DNA of 63,865 nt, counting the filler, from Octopus bimaculoides (lineage: Eukaryota): the NCBI RefSeq assembly GCF_001194135.2. It is 7 parts of 6 records of this genome, joined end to end, with 100 filler letters (N's around TTAATTAATTAA, not from the genome) between each part and the next. Parts side by side here need not be neighbours in the genome. Positions count along the whole stretch, not along the records: positions 23,872 to 55,733 come from NC_068985.1; 6 more parts are not named here. The stretch is one strand, 5' to 3'. The translations under genes and the position numbers were made by a program. How positions within the stretch are numbered: the first letter of the stretch is position 1; every line of letters begins with the position of its first letter. Shown in pieces: positions 41,626 through 54,539 of the stretch. The notes below the pieces were generated by a model that did not search any database, was not told the origin of the DNA, and saw nothing but the letters and a program-made list of their open reading frames with translations.

Positions 41626-42485
41626 CATATATNNNNNNNNNNNNNNNNNNNNNNNNNNNNNNNNNNNNNNNNNNNNNNNNNNNNNNNNNNNNNNNNNNNN
41701 NNNNNNNNNNNNNNNNNNNNNNNNNNNNNNNNNNNNNNNNNNNNNNNNNNNNNNNNNNNNNNNNNNNNNNNNNNNNNNNNNNNNNNNNNNNNNNNNNNNN
41801 NNNNNNNNNNNNNNNTTTCTTACCAAAATCTATCTGCATAAATCAAAACCAATTATGGATTACTAAGACGAACTTACCAAGGATATATATACAAACTTTA
41901 AATTTTATTACCAAAGTCAATCTGCATAAATGTAAACCAGTAAATTTTAATCTAATTTTCAAAAGTACTTTCTCATATTTTCCTAATCTTAAAAGACCAT
42001 TCGATATATTCTAAAAACTTTATCTTCTCCATCTCTGACGAGCGGAAGTATTGTCTATCAATGTGTATCAGCAATGGATTCCATTATAATGGCAATACTT
42101 TCGTGAAACGATCGTAAGATGCATTAATTAACAAAGTTTTTAACTGTACTGTTTCATATATTTACATATATTTTTAATACAAAACTATTTTAGGCATCTA
42201 TATCTTCGTGAGTAATTTTTTTGATATTGAACTTCATGCTATTATTTCGAATACGGTATATATAGTTGCTCGTATTAATGTCTAAATACTTTATAATAGT
42301 ATTAATATTTTTGACATTCTATACAAAGAGCACTTTATATAAAATGTCAAAAATTCAGTATATAATATTCTAATAGAATATATTTTATTAATGGTTCATA
42401 CATACATACATATACACACTCAAATTCCCTGCAATAAAGGAAAATATGCAATGACCACTATTCATACCTTCTCTGAGATATAATA

Positions 42486-42504
42486 ATGATGATGATGATG
42501 ATAC

Positions 42505-42565
<61 letters not shown>

Positions 42566-42608
42566 AAGAAGAAGAAGAAGAAGAAGAAGAAGAAGAAGAA
42601 GAAGAAGA
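42486..42608. repeat. (GAT)(TAA)(GAA) compound trinucleotide repeat
   Basis: Directly visible. Confidence 0.95.
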
Positions 42609-42644
42609 ATATATGTATGTATGTTTGTAATTACTCTTTTACTC

Positions 42645-43080
42645 TTTTGCTCATTTACTTGTTTCAGTCATTTGACTGTGGCCATGCTGGAGCACTACCT
42701 TTAGTCTAGCAAATCGACCCCAGGACTTATTCTTTGTAAGCCTAGTACTTATTCTATCGGTCTCTTTTGCCGAACCGGTAAGTTACGGGGACGTAAACAC
42801 ACCAGCATCAGTTGTCAAGCGATGTTGGGGAGGAGGGGACAAACACAGACACACATACGCACATACATATACATATATATGACGGGCTTCTTTCAGTTTC
42901 CATCTACCAAATCCACTCACAAGGCTTTGGTCGGCCCGAAGCTATNNNNNNNNNNATCCACTCACAAGGCTTTGGTCGGCCCGAAGCTATAGTAGAAGAC
43001 ACTTGCCCAAGGTGCTACGCAGTGGGACTGAACCTGGAACCGTGTGGTTGGTAGGCAAGCTACTTACCACACAGCCAATA
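42645..43080 (-). mobile_element. Family B SINE, full length and little diverged
   Basis: Tail, central microsatellite and head all intact. Confidence 0.85.
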
Positions 43081-43130
43081 GATATATATATATGTATGTG
43101 TGTGTGTGTGTATATATATATATATACATA

Positions 43131-43188
<58 letters not shown>

Positions 43189-43577
43189 GTACATACATAT
43201 ACATATATATGTGTTCTTCGTTTGTTAAAATGTGATAAAAGAGATAAAAGAAAATTTCATATTGATTTGTGTTCCAAACACCAGCTCAATGACAAAGTTC
43301 TTCATTTCTTACGAAATAGAAACAGGTAGTGTAATTTAAGAGTAACAAACGTGTTAATAGACAACACGCACTCGAATATATTAGTGAAGTCATACTATAT
43401 AACTATACGAGAATAAATTAACTCAAGCAGATTACAAAAGAGGACGCAGTCCAGACGTGACTCTGTCCTAAGAAATTAGTTTCACAACCACCTGGTTTTG
43501 GGTTCATTGCTACTGCCGACTCAAACCTTGTCAGTAGCTTTAAAAGACGGAGACTGGAAGCGCGTCGTGCGCTTACA

Positions 43578-43609
<32 letters not shown>

Positions 43610-44099
43610 GATATATTTATGTATAGATGTATGTATGCATGTATGTATGTATATATATATGTGTGTGTGTGTGTCTGTGCATAAACGTATATGCATATAT
43701 GTATTTGTATATATGCATATTTGTGTGTGTGTGTATCTTTCTGTTTGACAACCGGTGTGGGTATTTTTCGTCCCCGTATCCTAGTGGCTCAACACTGAGA
43801 ATGAAAATGAGACAGTAGGTACCAGGGTTTTAAATAAAATAAGCATTGGAGGAGGGATTTTTCGACTAAATCCTCAAATGACTTAAACAAGTAAGCGATA
43901 AATCATATAAATATGTATAAAATTTTCCAAAACAAAATGCAACTAAAATAAAAATGCTTAAAACAGAACACATGTTAGAATTAACCATTAACTAATAACT
44001 CATTGTTTAGATGTGTGACATATTTAGTCCAGATGAAATGTGTGTGAGAAGCTAAACATCATTTGCGTAGAAATACTAAGCCACTGGTGTATCTATTCT

Positions 44100-45150
44100 T
44101 TACGGTTGCTCGCGCGTGTAGCGAGAACTGGATCGAATTGCTGAATAAACATTTCCTTTGAACATTCATCAAATCTTTCAAGTACTTCACCACCACTCAA
44201 CCGTCGTACATTATTGTACATTAGTAAACATTTGTACAGTGTAAGCTAATTCAGCTTCATTTAAGAGTAAATTAAATTCTCTTTTACGAAAAGCATTGGC
44301 AGCCATCAAATTGACTAGAATACTTCCTGATGTACAATGGAATGAAAAGAGATAGGATTCACCAACAGCTGCAAATTGCGTTACAATACTTACATTTAGA
44401 CCGACCATAACATGGACGCCATCAGTCTTAACCGAAGCTATTTTTGACAAATCTATTTATCTTTCAGAAAACATTTTAGCAACAGTGTCGCTTAAATCTT
44501 TTCTTGGCGTGTTCTGAGGCGAATTTACTGATTTAACTCCCCGTGAATAGAATCGCGGTGAAAATACTGCAATATAATAGCTAATCGAGCTGATGAATAA
44601 ATATCATTGATTAAGGCAGAGAAAAAAAAACTGCAGGTAATTAAATGTTGTTGAACTTAATTTTCTGATTGCATTCATTTTCATAACTGTCTTTTAACGA
44701 AATTTCTGCTTATTCATTGACACACATTCTAAAAGCGTCTTTGTTGTAGAGATCATCAAAACAAGAATAACGTAAGTTTTGTTGATAAACTCACCATCAC
44801 TTTGTTATTTTCCATGACCAACAGTGGTATCTAAAGCACGGGAACTTGCAGCAACAAAACGGAAACCCCTACTAAATATGTCATTAATTTATATTAACTA
44901 GAAGTATTTCGTATTACCTATTTGGGATATATATTCTTTGCAGTCTTCGACTATTTTTCGGGTGTCGACTGGTAATTCGCATCGAAATGTCGTTTACGAC
45001 TCCAGTTCTCAAACAGGCCCTCCACACAATTTACAAAGCTTTATTACTCGTATCAATAACGTCGTTTTCAGTTCATCAGTCTTACAATTTCCATCCTCAA
45101 CGTTTCTTCGAAAATTAAAATTTTAGCAGTTGATGTCATTTTGGTTGGTT
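44100..45150 (-). mobile_element. Decayed hAT-family (SPIN/Buster/GTF2IRD2-like) transposase
   Basis: HGK*QSDGEFI, IDLSKIASVKTDG, FHC, VRRLSGGEVLERF (the VRWLS.G..L.RF motif). TIRs not found. Confidence 0.75.
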
Positions 45151-46133
45151 TCAAATAAATTATTGAAACGAAAGAAGGAAAGAATTGAAAAGGAAATTTA
45201 ATATCATTACATTGTCCTTTCAATTTAGCCTGCACGAGCGACCAAATATAACTTGCTAATACGATTAAATAATTTAGAATTATCTGACGATCACAAATTT
45301 CTTGCAGCTGGTCTACGTATCCGCTAGTACCCTAACCTCTGCATTCTAAATACGATTATGGACGAGTAGATGTGAAAATATTCTCGAGATGACGGGTTAT
45401 CGATGAGAATCAACCGAGCAACCTAATTCATACGACTTTAAGGCCGGAGACTATGTACAACTTCGATAAATCTTTGGACTGACAGTGCTGGAGGGGTATT
45501 GTCAGCTTGCAGTGCATTCTACGGGTATAATAACAGCATGAATCAGGCCAGTTAAGCATGCGCAGAGACGTAAAACCGTTCTCTGCACACTTGTTTAATA
45601 ATTGAGTACTGTCGATTTATAAGAAACGTACGTCGAACCACATTGAAGAGACGAACCTGTTTTTCAGCCGAATCCATCGTGATGTTCGCTACATCACCTT
45701 ACTTTGGTTGGGTAAGGCAGGTAGTCTTTGTCTCTCTAGCGATTATGCTCAAAGACATTGTATGGTGTAAGATACTAAAAGAAATGAAACCAGAGACTTT
45801 CTTTTTCGGTCAAACCCATATCAATTTCTTCGAGATCGACTTAGAGTGAGATTCTGCCCTCCAGTAACCTTGCTGTAAGCTGGGTGTGATTCATGGGAAT
45901 AGGTCAATATTCATCCTTCAATCAACGGTAGAGAACACAGCAAGAAATACTGCTTACCCTAATTTGAATTATTTCATTTTTTTTTTATATCTTTGTGTTC
46001 TATATCTGCGTTTTTTTCCCCCCAAATTCATTCCACATAAACTACTGCTAAGAAATCATCATCGTCATCATCATCGTCATCGTTACTGTCATCGCCATAA
46101 TCATGATCAGCAGCAAGAGTATAATAATAATAA

Positions 46134-46834
46134 TTATTATTATTATTTGTTTGAATTTTTGCCTTTTATTGGTACAAGTTGACTCCAAGTCTCACCCAGA
46201 GACCTCAAGAGACAATGATTTAGAAGTTCAAGTTGGCGTTTTGCCAATTTCTATTTCAAGATCTTGATATTTGCTCAGTTTTTGATAGGTCTTGACAGAC
46301 ACATTTATGTCGATTGGGACAGGCATATTAATTAGGAGGCACGATTTTTGTCTGAAGTCTTTCAATATAATGTCTGGCCTGTTCGCATCTACCTTTCTGT
46401 CAGTTTGAATGGTGAAGTTTCAGAGGAGTGAGAGGTGATTATTTTCAAGCACTGGAGGTGGTTCATGTTCCTACCAGTTTTTATCATGGGGCAGGTTCAG
46501 GTTTTTGTAAATTACCCAGTGAATATTTGTGCTACTCTACCATGCATGTTGAGATACTGCCGTTTTTTAATATGTTGGCCTTGTCTTAAAGTTTTCACTT
46601 TATTTTGTAATGTCCTTTTCCACATTGTTCTTTTTTAATCTTTCCATGTGGAATATCTAATCTTCCAGTAACTACTATCCCTCCTGCATAGATCAATAAG
46701 TTAGTGTCTCCTATATTTTTAGGATCTATCATACTGATAACAGAATCTACTTTCCTAGATATGTCTAACAGCTTCTGTTGGTACCCTTTAATGCTGACTA
46801 TCTTTTTCAGAAGTACTCCAAAATTTATCTGCAT
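46134..46834 (-). mobile_element. Internally deleted R4/Dong-like element (N-terminal piece fused to the endonuclease and 3' end)
   Basis: 46834-46595 gives TNLLIYAGGIVVT.RL (N-terminal ORF region). Below about 46580 the frames give IQTDRKVDANRPDIILKD and KLSKYQDLEIEI. Ends in a (TAA)n tail at 46147-46134. Confidence 0.8.
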
Positions 46835-49309
46835 CTCTGATTGATGTCATCCAGAACACAGCCCCAAAACCTGCCTGGCTGACTGAAGGAACAACATACC
46901 TACTCCCAAAAACTGAAAACACAAAAGATCCAAAGAACTACCGACCAATAACATGTCTCAAAACCACCTACAATATCCTCACATCCATATTAACTGACAG
47001 AATATGCGCTTTCCTTGAATAGAGATCTATCCTTCCACAAGCTCAAAAAGGCTGTAAAAGGAATTCTTATGGGTGCAAAGATTAGTTACTCATAAGTAAA
47101 ATGATTGTAGAGAATTGCCGGAGTAAAAAGAACCAGAGCATGGTATGGATATACTACAGGAAAGCGTTTGATAGTGTCCCACATAATTGGATATTCAAGG
47201 CCCTTGAGAGATTATAAGATCTCTCCTGTCATCTCCAAATTCGGACAAGGTAGCATGGCCATATGGAACACACGTCTCCTTCTAAACTAACAACATACAC
47301 ATCAAACGAGGCATCTTTCAAGGTGACTCCCTGTCCCCCATTACTCTTTTGCATGGTACTAATCCCACTCTCAAACGAACTAAATAACACCATGTATAGA
47401 TTCAAAGTTAACAATACAATACTAAACCACTTGTTTAATATGGAAGATCTGCAGCTGTTTGCTAGAAATAACGAAGGGCTAGTATGGCTGATAACAACTG
47501 TTAAAGAATTCGGTAGTGACATCGGGATGGTCTTTGGCTTTGATAAGTGTGCCAACGCAACTTTTGTAAGAGGCAAGCTCAGGCAAACAGTTTCCATTAA
47601 ATTAGATACCGACACTACAATCAAGGAGCTTGTCTCACAAGAAAATTACAAATATCTAGGGATAAACGAAGGAGATGGTATACAACATGCTAATATGAAG
47701 GAGAAAATAAGAAACGCCCAACATTTTTGGGGAGGGGGCCAGTCGATTAGATCGACCCCAGTACGGAACTGGTATTTAATTTATCGACCCCGAAAGGATG
47801 AAAAGCAAAGTCGACCTAGGCGGAATTTGAACTCAGAACGTAAAGACAGACGAAATACCGCTAAGTATTTCGCCCGGCGTGCTAACGTTTCTGCCAGCTC
47901 GCCGCCTTAATAAGAAAGGAATATTACAGGAGGATAAGACTCATATTAAAAAAATGAACTCAGCACAAGAAATTGCATCGAAGCCATTAACACACTGGCT
48001 CTCCCAATATAGTTTTAAGATCATTACTGGAATCTTAAAGAGCTCCGACGTCTGGACAGGAAGACAAGAAAAGTACTAACTTTTAAGAACATGCACCACC
48101 CAAAAGCAGGTGTTGATCGTCTGTACCTACCTAGGAGTAATGGGGGAAAAGGAATGATGCAAGTAGAACTGTGTTATAAGACCTCCACAATAGCAATGAA
48201 CAGGTAGTTATCTAGTTCAGAGGACTGGATGGTGCGACTGGTGGGAAAACACGAAAGCAGCAAAATACCCCATTCTATTGTAAAGGAAGCTTGCAAATTC
48301 GCAAGGGAACTTGGCATTAACCCTGAAATTGTTGAAGAACCTGAAATCACTGCCACAAGACAAGCAAAATTGATCAAGCAGACTGTAAAATTAAACGGGC
48401 AGAAACAAATTGAGGAGCGGTGGAGCCAGAAAGCTTTGCATGGACAGTATCTGAGAAGTTCAGGACTGAAAGCAGAGACTGAAGGTTTCATATTGGCGGC
48501 ACAAGACCAAAGCTTGCTCACAAAGACTACCAGACTAACGTTCTTCAAAATGATTCTGATGCTAAATGCAGATTCTGCAATACATTTGACGAAACAATTG
48601 ACCATCTCGTCTCAGGATGTGCTGTGCTGACACCAAACGAATACAAAAATTGACACGATAGGGGAGGACAATATTTACATAGGAAAATGTGAAAACACTA
48701 CAAAATCAACATTCCTGCGCACTGGTATGAACATCATCCTGAGCCAGTCGTTGAAAGTAAAAATGTCACTATAATCTGGGATTTTCTAATCAGCAGTGAC
48801 AGAACAGATTAGGCTAATCCACCAGACATAATTATCAAAGACATGGAAGAAAACAATTTTAGATTAATAGATGTAAGTGTTCCCACTGATAAAAATATAT
48901 CTGTAAAGGAATTTGACAAAGTAAATATAAGGATCTTGAAATTGAACTACAAAAGATGTGGCATCTTAAAACGGGAACTGTTCCTCTTATTGTATGTGCC
49001 CCAGGAATGGTAAGAAAGGGATGTCAGAAACATCTAGATTAGATCCTAGGAGAACCATGCCTCTGAGAAAGCCAAAAGATTGTGCGGACAAGTACGGCCC
49101 ACATCCTTAGAAAAACCCTATCCATTTAAATATTCGTTTTGTATTACATGAAGATATTTCGCTACTTCCCCTGCCACTATCTCTCCCCAAGCTTTCAGTC
49201 ATACTGTAACATCTCTTATCCGTCACTCACCCCAGGACGCTGCGTGTGTCTCGATAAGTGATTGTAACAAACATGCAGATTAAAAGTAAAATAATAACAA
49301 TAATAATAA
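46835..49309 (+). mobile_element. 5'-truncated, decayed R4/Dong-like non-LTR retrotransposon (RT + zinc knuckle + restriction-like endonuclease)
   Basis: WLTEGTTYLLPK..KNYRPITCL; KAFDSVPH; NHLFNMEDL (degenerate YMDD); MHHPKA.VDRLYLPR..GG; NPPDIII and LIDVSVP (PD..D endonuclease); HILRKTLSI*; 3' UTR ending in (TAA)n. Many stops and frameshifts. Confidence 0.9.
47715..47908 (-). mobile_element. Family A SINE nested in the R4-like RT ORF, with a 9-bp TSD
   Basis: aataagaaa at 47706-14 and 47909-17. Confidence 0.9.
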
Positions 49310-49336
49310 CTAGCTGGACCCGTGAAAAATTCACGG
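49310..49336 (-). mobile_element. Helitron-like 3' terminus
   Basis: Minus strand reads CCGTGA-atttt-TCACGG gtccag CTAG|T, abutting the (TAA)n tail of the R4-like element. Confidence 0.55.
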
Positions 49337-49410
49337 AAAATATAAAAAAATGTAAGCATTTGTAAATTGTGTGCTGGTGCCATGAGAAATGATTCTATAT
49401 TGTAACAGTT

Positions 49411-49607
49411 AAAGACGGCGAGCTGGCAGAATCGTCAGCACACCGGGCGTCTGTCTTTACGTCCTGATTTTAAATTCTGCCGAGGTCGACTTTGCCTTTC
49501 ATCCTTTCGGAGTCTATAGATTAAGTACCAACTGCGTAGTGGAGTCGATCTAATTGACAGGCCCTCTCTCCACAAAAATTTCAGGACTTCTGCCTATAGT
49601 AGAAAAG
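49411..49607 (+). mobile_element. Family A SINE with a 15-bp TSD
   Basis: tatattgtaacagtt / tatattgcaacagct. Confidence 0.85.
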
Positions 49608-49779
49608 TATATTGCAACAGCTACAGAATACAGAAAAAAGGGTAAAACCGATAACTATATAATCCAACCAAAATATCTCAGTTACGCCAAGATGAACAGA
49701 ATTACTATTTAGCCTTAAAATGCATCGTACATATTCAAGGAACCCTCATGGTTTAGTGGTACGGATCGCTTTTCTCGTA

Positions 49780-49940
49780 CTCTTTTATTCTGTTACTTGT
49801 TTCAGTCATTTGACGGCGGCCATGCTGTGGAACCACCCTTTAGTCGAAGAAATTGACCTCTGGACTTATTCTCTCTAAGCCTGGCGCTTATTCTATCAGT
49901 GTCTTCTGATGAACAGCTAAGTTACAGAAACGCAAACAAT
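49780..49940 (-). mobile_element. Family B SINE tail
   Basis: ttgtttcagtcatttgacggcggccatgctg... Confidence 0.7.
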
Positions 49941-49989
49941 CTAAAAACCCATTCAATCGAGAATAGCTAATTTTTGTTTTGGTATCTGG

Positions 49990-50967
49990 TCCAGGATGTT
50001 ACGGGATATGACAGCAACACCATTCCAGATGTGAAAATTGCAATCCATTGCAGCAAAGGTGCTCTGGAAACAGGGATTTGTTCTTTTTTTTTTTGTTATT
50101 GCTGTTACCCTCCATTCTCTTTGCTTTTCTTATTTTCACTTAATTGTCTTTCAGTTGCTTTCAGTATTCAACTCTGTGTGTTTCGCATCCCTATATATAA
50201 TAAGTTGAATTTCTGTCTTGTACCATCAATTTCATGCTTTTTCTTTCGGTGCCTTTCACTAGGCACAGTTCTGGTTTGCTCTTTGACCCTCCAGGACCAT
50301 TAAAACTTGTCAGTTCATTTTCAATTACCCTGCTTTGACTACTACCCTGTATTGCGGCAGAAAGTCCTTTACAAGCCATAAGACTACGTCATGCCCAGTT
50401 GTTCCATGTACTAGGACACAAATTTATAGTCAGGGATATGTCTGACGATTACAGCCTGTGTTTCGGCAGCGTTTTCAGTTTTAATAGTACAGCAAATAGT
50501 ACCATAGATTTCTTCTCTCTTAGTCGAGATAATTTCTCCCAATATGTCTTGGAGGGCTTGTTGTACTACTTGACGTAAAGAAGAAATTATTCCTCTTCCA
50601 TCTTCTTGTAGATAGTAATTTATTTATTTATCTTCGCTGTCTTCGGGATTATCTCCTCTGGCAAACAATTCATATTTGATTTCATAACATTCTCCCACGT
50701 ATATTTGTTTCACTGCAATTACTTGTCAGTTCATGTAACAGTGAGTGAAGGTTTGTCTTCACAAAGTTGCTATACGAATGAATCGTAGCGTTTGGAAGAG
50801 TTGCTAATGTTGCTTTTATTGTTTTTACTGTTGGTAATTCTCTGTCTTCCAAATTATCTGAGTATTTGAGAGATTTCTGCTATTAAATCTTCACTAAAAT
50901 TTTCATTTTCTTCTTTTCCCTGTATATATAGCAGTGTGTTTTGATTTTGGGTTTTATTTTTAGCCAT
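49990..50967 (-). pseudogene. Decayed, frameshifted ORF; possibly ORF1 and the start of ORF2 of a LINE
   Basis: Long stop-poor frames: MAKNK..., QKSLKYSDNLEDRELPTVKTIKATLA..., YELFARGDNPEDSEDK*INYYLQEDGRGIISSLRQVVQQALQDILGEII..., ending in NFHIWNGVAVISRN (endonuclease-like). No diagnostic motif. Confidence 0.35.
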
Positions 50968-51147
50968 CGTATTGCCTTGTGGTGTAGTATATATGGTAGT
51001 TAATTTAAAAGAAAAACACTGTAATGTGCACAAATAAAATTTCAAAAGTTTGTAAAACAAACCAGTTTTTTCTGTTGTCTCTCCACCCATCACATTCTGT
51101 ATCGAAGACCGCTCTTACTCAGTTATATTTCTTTTCTCAAGTACGCA

Positions 51148-51230
<83 letters not shown>

Positions 51231-51267
51231 TAATAATGATAATAATAATAACAACAACAACAACAAC
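51148..51267. repeat. (TAA)n(CAA)n tract at the 5' junction of the R4-like element
   Basis: Directly visible. Confidence 0.95.
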
Positions 51268-52768
51268 ACTGGTAATTACACAACCTGATAATCGCTACCT
51301 CATATGAGTGACAGTGAATAAACAAAATATTGTGAATAACGGTGGTAATGAAACTGAAGCCAACGACGGTGACAGTGTTGCACCTCGCAGCCTCAGAGAT
51401 TCTGGTTCGACTCCAGCCTATCGATATCCAGAAAGGGACCACCACACACAGCATAGATGGCGCAAGCAAATTAATGCTGTGGTCGTGGAATGTTATTACC
51501 TGGACAACCCGGTAGATGAAAATGATGCTCAAATTAGGGGTTACAGACAACGTATGTATGATCATTGGAGAGAAAAGATTGTTTCAACTCACGGAACAGA
51601 AATTATGTGATCAAGCTAGGGCAATAAGAAATAATCGTTGGTTCACAGAAGTAGAGCTCGAAGCTATCAAAAAACGGGTATTGGAAAATAGCAGCAGAGA
51701 TAACGATGAAAATACAGTTCTTACTAATAGAAGTAATCTCATAGCACAGGAAAGGAGAAGTGGTAACTTACTTGATGAGAGACATATAGATGATCTGAAA
51801 GAATACAATAAAACTAATGGTGACAGGACAGATGAACAAAAAGCAATCTGCGACAGAATAAAGGCAAGACTACAGGAGAACGATAGCGACATTATTTGCA
51901 ACCTTAAAAAGGTTGATCGGTGAAAATTGAAACAAGAAACGAAAAATGTCAATGAAATTCTGAAATACATCAGAACAAACAACATCACAGAAACAAATGT
52001 TGATAAGGTAGCAAGTATTGTAACAGAAAATGTGGGTGTTGATGTCAAGGAAAAGAAATACAATGGGAGTGACAAAAGAAAAGACCCATGGTGGAAAAGA
52101 CGAATACAGGCAGGGTTAGATAAGCTCTCGAAGGAAATTTCTGTGGGAAACCGAAAAGAGAAAGGGGAGCTTAAAAGCGAAACAAAAATACAGGGCACTG
52201 AAAAGAAGTATAATGTTGAAAGAAAGGGCCTGAAGATGGTAATGGAGGAACTGAAGNNNNNNNNNNAGTTGATACCAGATAACAATGAAAGTCAAAGGTT
52301 TTGGAGTGACATCTGGAGCAAAGACAGGGAGCACAAGAAGGATGCTGAATGGTTGCAAGAACTAAAACAAACAGTAGTCTGTCCAAAACAGGCAGAACTA
52401 ATCATTTCAGTTAGGGGAGTGAAGAAAATCAGTAAAAAAAATGAGCAACTGGAAGACGCTGGGACCAGATGGAGTTCAAGGCGACTGGATCAAAAGATTT
52501 GGTGAATGTCATGTACGAATAGCTGCGCAACTCAACACCTTGTTAAATGCCGACCAAGTAACACCAGAATGGTTGACATTGGGTAGGACAGTGCTGTGCT
52601 TGAAAAACATCGAAAAAGGCAACACGGAAGACAATTACAGGCCGATATCCTGTCTGCCACTTATGTGGAAATTATTGACTGGAATACTCGCAGAGTCAAT
52701 GTACAGACATCTGGAAAAAATGGAGGGTTGCAAGCGTAAGTGCAGAGGTACTAAAGATAAACTCCTGA
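51268..52768 (+). mobile_element. 5' portion of a second R4/Dong-like element (N-terminal domain plus start of RT)
   Basis: Begins directly after (TAA)n(CAA)n. Contains RW.KQ.N..VVECYY...RGYRQRMY..W.EK, EQKLCDQARAI, DPWWKRRI, then [15 protein letters not shown] and [17 protein letters not shown]. Cut off at about 52770 by another repeat. Confidence 0.85.
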
Positions 52769-52769
52769 T

Positions 52770-53158
52770 GTCGCTTATTGGCTGGCGATATGTGTATCTC
52801 TGATCACGAGCAGAATTAGTGGCGGAGCATCATAACCATGTGTTGAGAAGAATTCTTTGTGGTTTGAATAATTCACCTCTGGAAACATGGGTGTTTCACT
52901 CGTCATCCTTAAAACAAACCTTATTCAGGGACCTTTTGATTGGGATGGGCTACTTGACCTGAAAAAAACTCTAACTGGGCTCCACCTGCAAGGTCATGCG
53001 CTGTTTATCTTGATATGAGATCACCATGTCGCGCACATACGGCTGTGATGCATATGCTTGGTGTACCCTTATCAGACGCATAGTCATGATGGGTATATTT
53101 GGCTTTGTATATTTGCACCCCACTGTCAGTTTGATGGCATGCACTGCTCTTTCACTCA
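52770..53158. mobile_element. Family G repeat truncating the R4-like RT
   Basis: gatatgtgtatctctgatcacgagcagaa...ggaaacatgggtgttt matches 20560-20685. Confidence 0.7.
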
Positions 53159-53935
53159 GTATTATTTTTGCTGCCCACTACAAATGTTTTTTTTAGCTGC
53201 TTATTTTTCTTGAATATATTTCCGTTTAGTATTTGTGGGAAAAAAAGACTGAAAGAAGACCGAAGAAAGAACAACAACTGAAAAACATAAAAGACAGCTG
53301 CAAAAGAAAAATGTTTTAAACAATTTTTAAAGCAAAATCAAAGCAAATAAAATCTTTTAGAATAGACAAAATTTTTTAAGGTTGAAGTATACAAGAAAGA
53401 TACTAGTATAAAACTATAAATTAAGCAAAATCACAGTTTTAGATGAAATGTATATGCGCACGCGCATGTATGTGTGTATGTGTGTGAGTGTGTTTTTATT
53501 TTAACCTATGAGACTCACAAAAAGTTGTTTTGCTTCGTCTGAGAAATACATCAACGTCTCAAAGATAGCTTCTCTTTATATGAAAGAATAAGATGCCTTA
53601 ATATTGATAATCATGGTGATGATGATGCAAGAAGGAAAAAACAGTAGATTTCAATGGAAGAGGGTAGATAACTGTGTAAATAGATAGGTGGTTGCGTATG
53701 AAAAGATACTAACGGACAGAAAAAAAAGAGATAAAAAGAATAGTAAAAATAAAATGAGTTTTAATAAAACATGTTAACTTACAGTAATACAATTCATTGA
53801 GTATTTTTGCGTGATATTTGCTTGTGTGATAACGTATGTACGTATGTATGTATGTATGTATGTATGTATGTATGTATGTATGTATGTATGTATGTATGTA
53901 TGAATGTTTTTCGTTTTTATAAATANNNNNNNNNN

Positions 53936-53975
<40 letters not shown>

Positions 53976-54449
53976 TGTATATATATATATAAATTGTATA
54001 TATATTGTATGTACATATATATATATACTCATACATGCACATAGACAATATGTGTGTGTATACATATATACAAATCCGACTACAAACATACCTACACAAT
54101 AACAAATGTACACTTATGTCTGTATGTGCGTGTGTATGTGCGTGCGCGCACGAGTGTGCGTCCGTTCATGCGTGTGTGTGTGTGTGTGTGTGTGTGTATG
54201 TCCATGTATTATGTATATACTGGTTTGATTGAACAAACAGGAGAGATAGATTTTGATAAGTGGGAATATATGCAAGTTATTATTTTCACTCCGCAGAAGT
54301 TACAAAGTAATTCAAGGACACCAAGTTTCGTACACGGCACTCGTCAAAGCTTGATAAGTGTCTTGTACGAACTTCTTGTCCATCGATTCATTTCATAACT
54401 CACATCGATTAAAAATAATGAGATATTCACACACACACGCACGCACACA

Positions 54450-54508
<59 letters not shown>

Positions 54509-54539
54509 ATACACACACAAACATACACGCACACACATA

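Larger units (their letters stand above)
39209..42254. repeat. Long inverted repeat: arms 39209-39492 and 41974-42254, plus an inner 38-bp pair (39971-40008 / 41487-41524), enclosing the Penelope fragment
   Basis: GTATTCGAAATAATAGCATGAAGTTC... at 39209 is the reverse complement of ...GAACTTCATGCTATTATTTCGAATAC ending 42254. Similarity continues for about 280 bp. The inner pair matches 35/38. Confidence 0.92.

Noticed and set aside
42911-42990. Exact 35-bp duplication inside a SINE
   Set aside because: Same 10-N overlap artefact.
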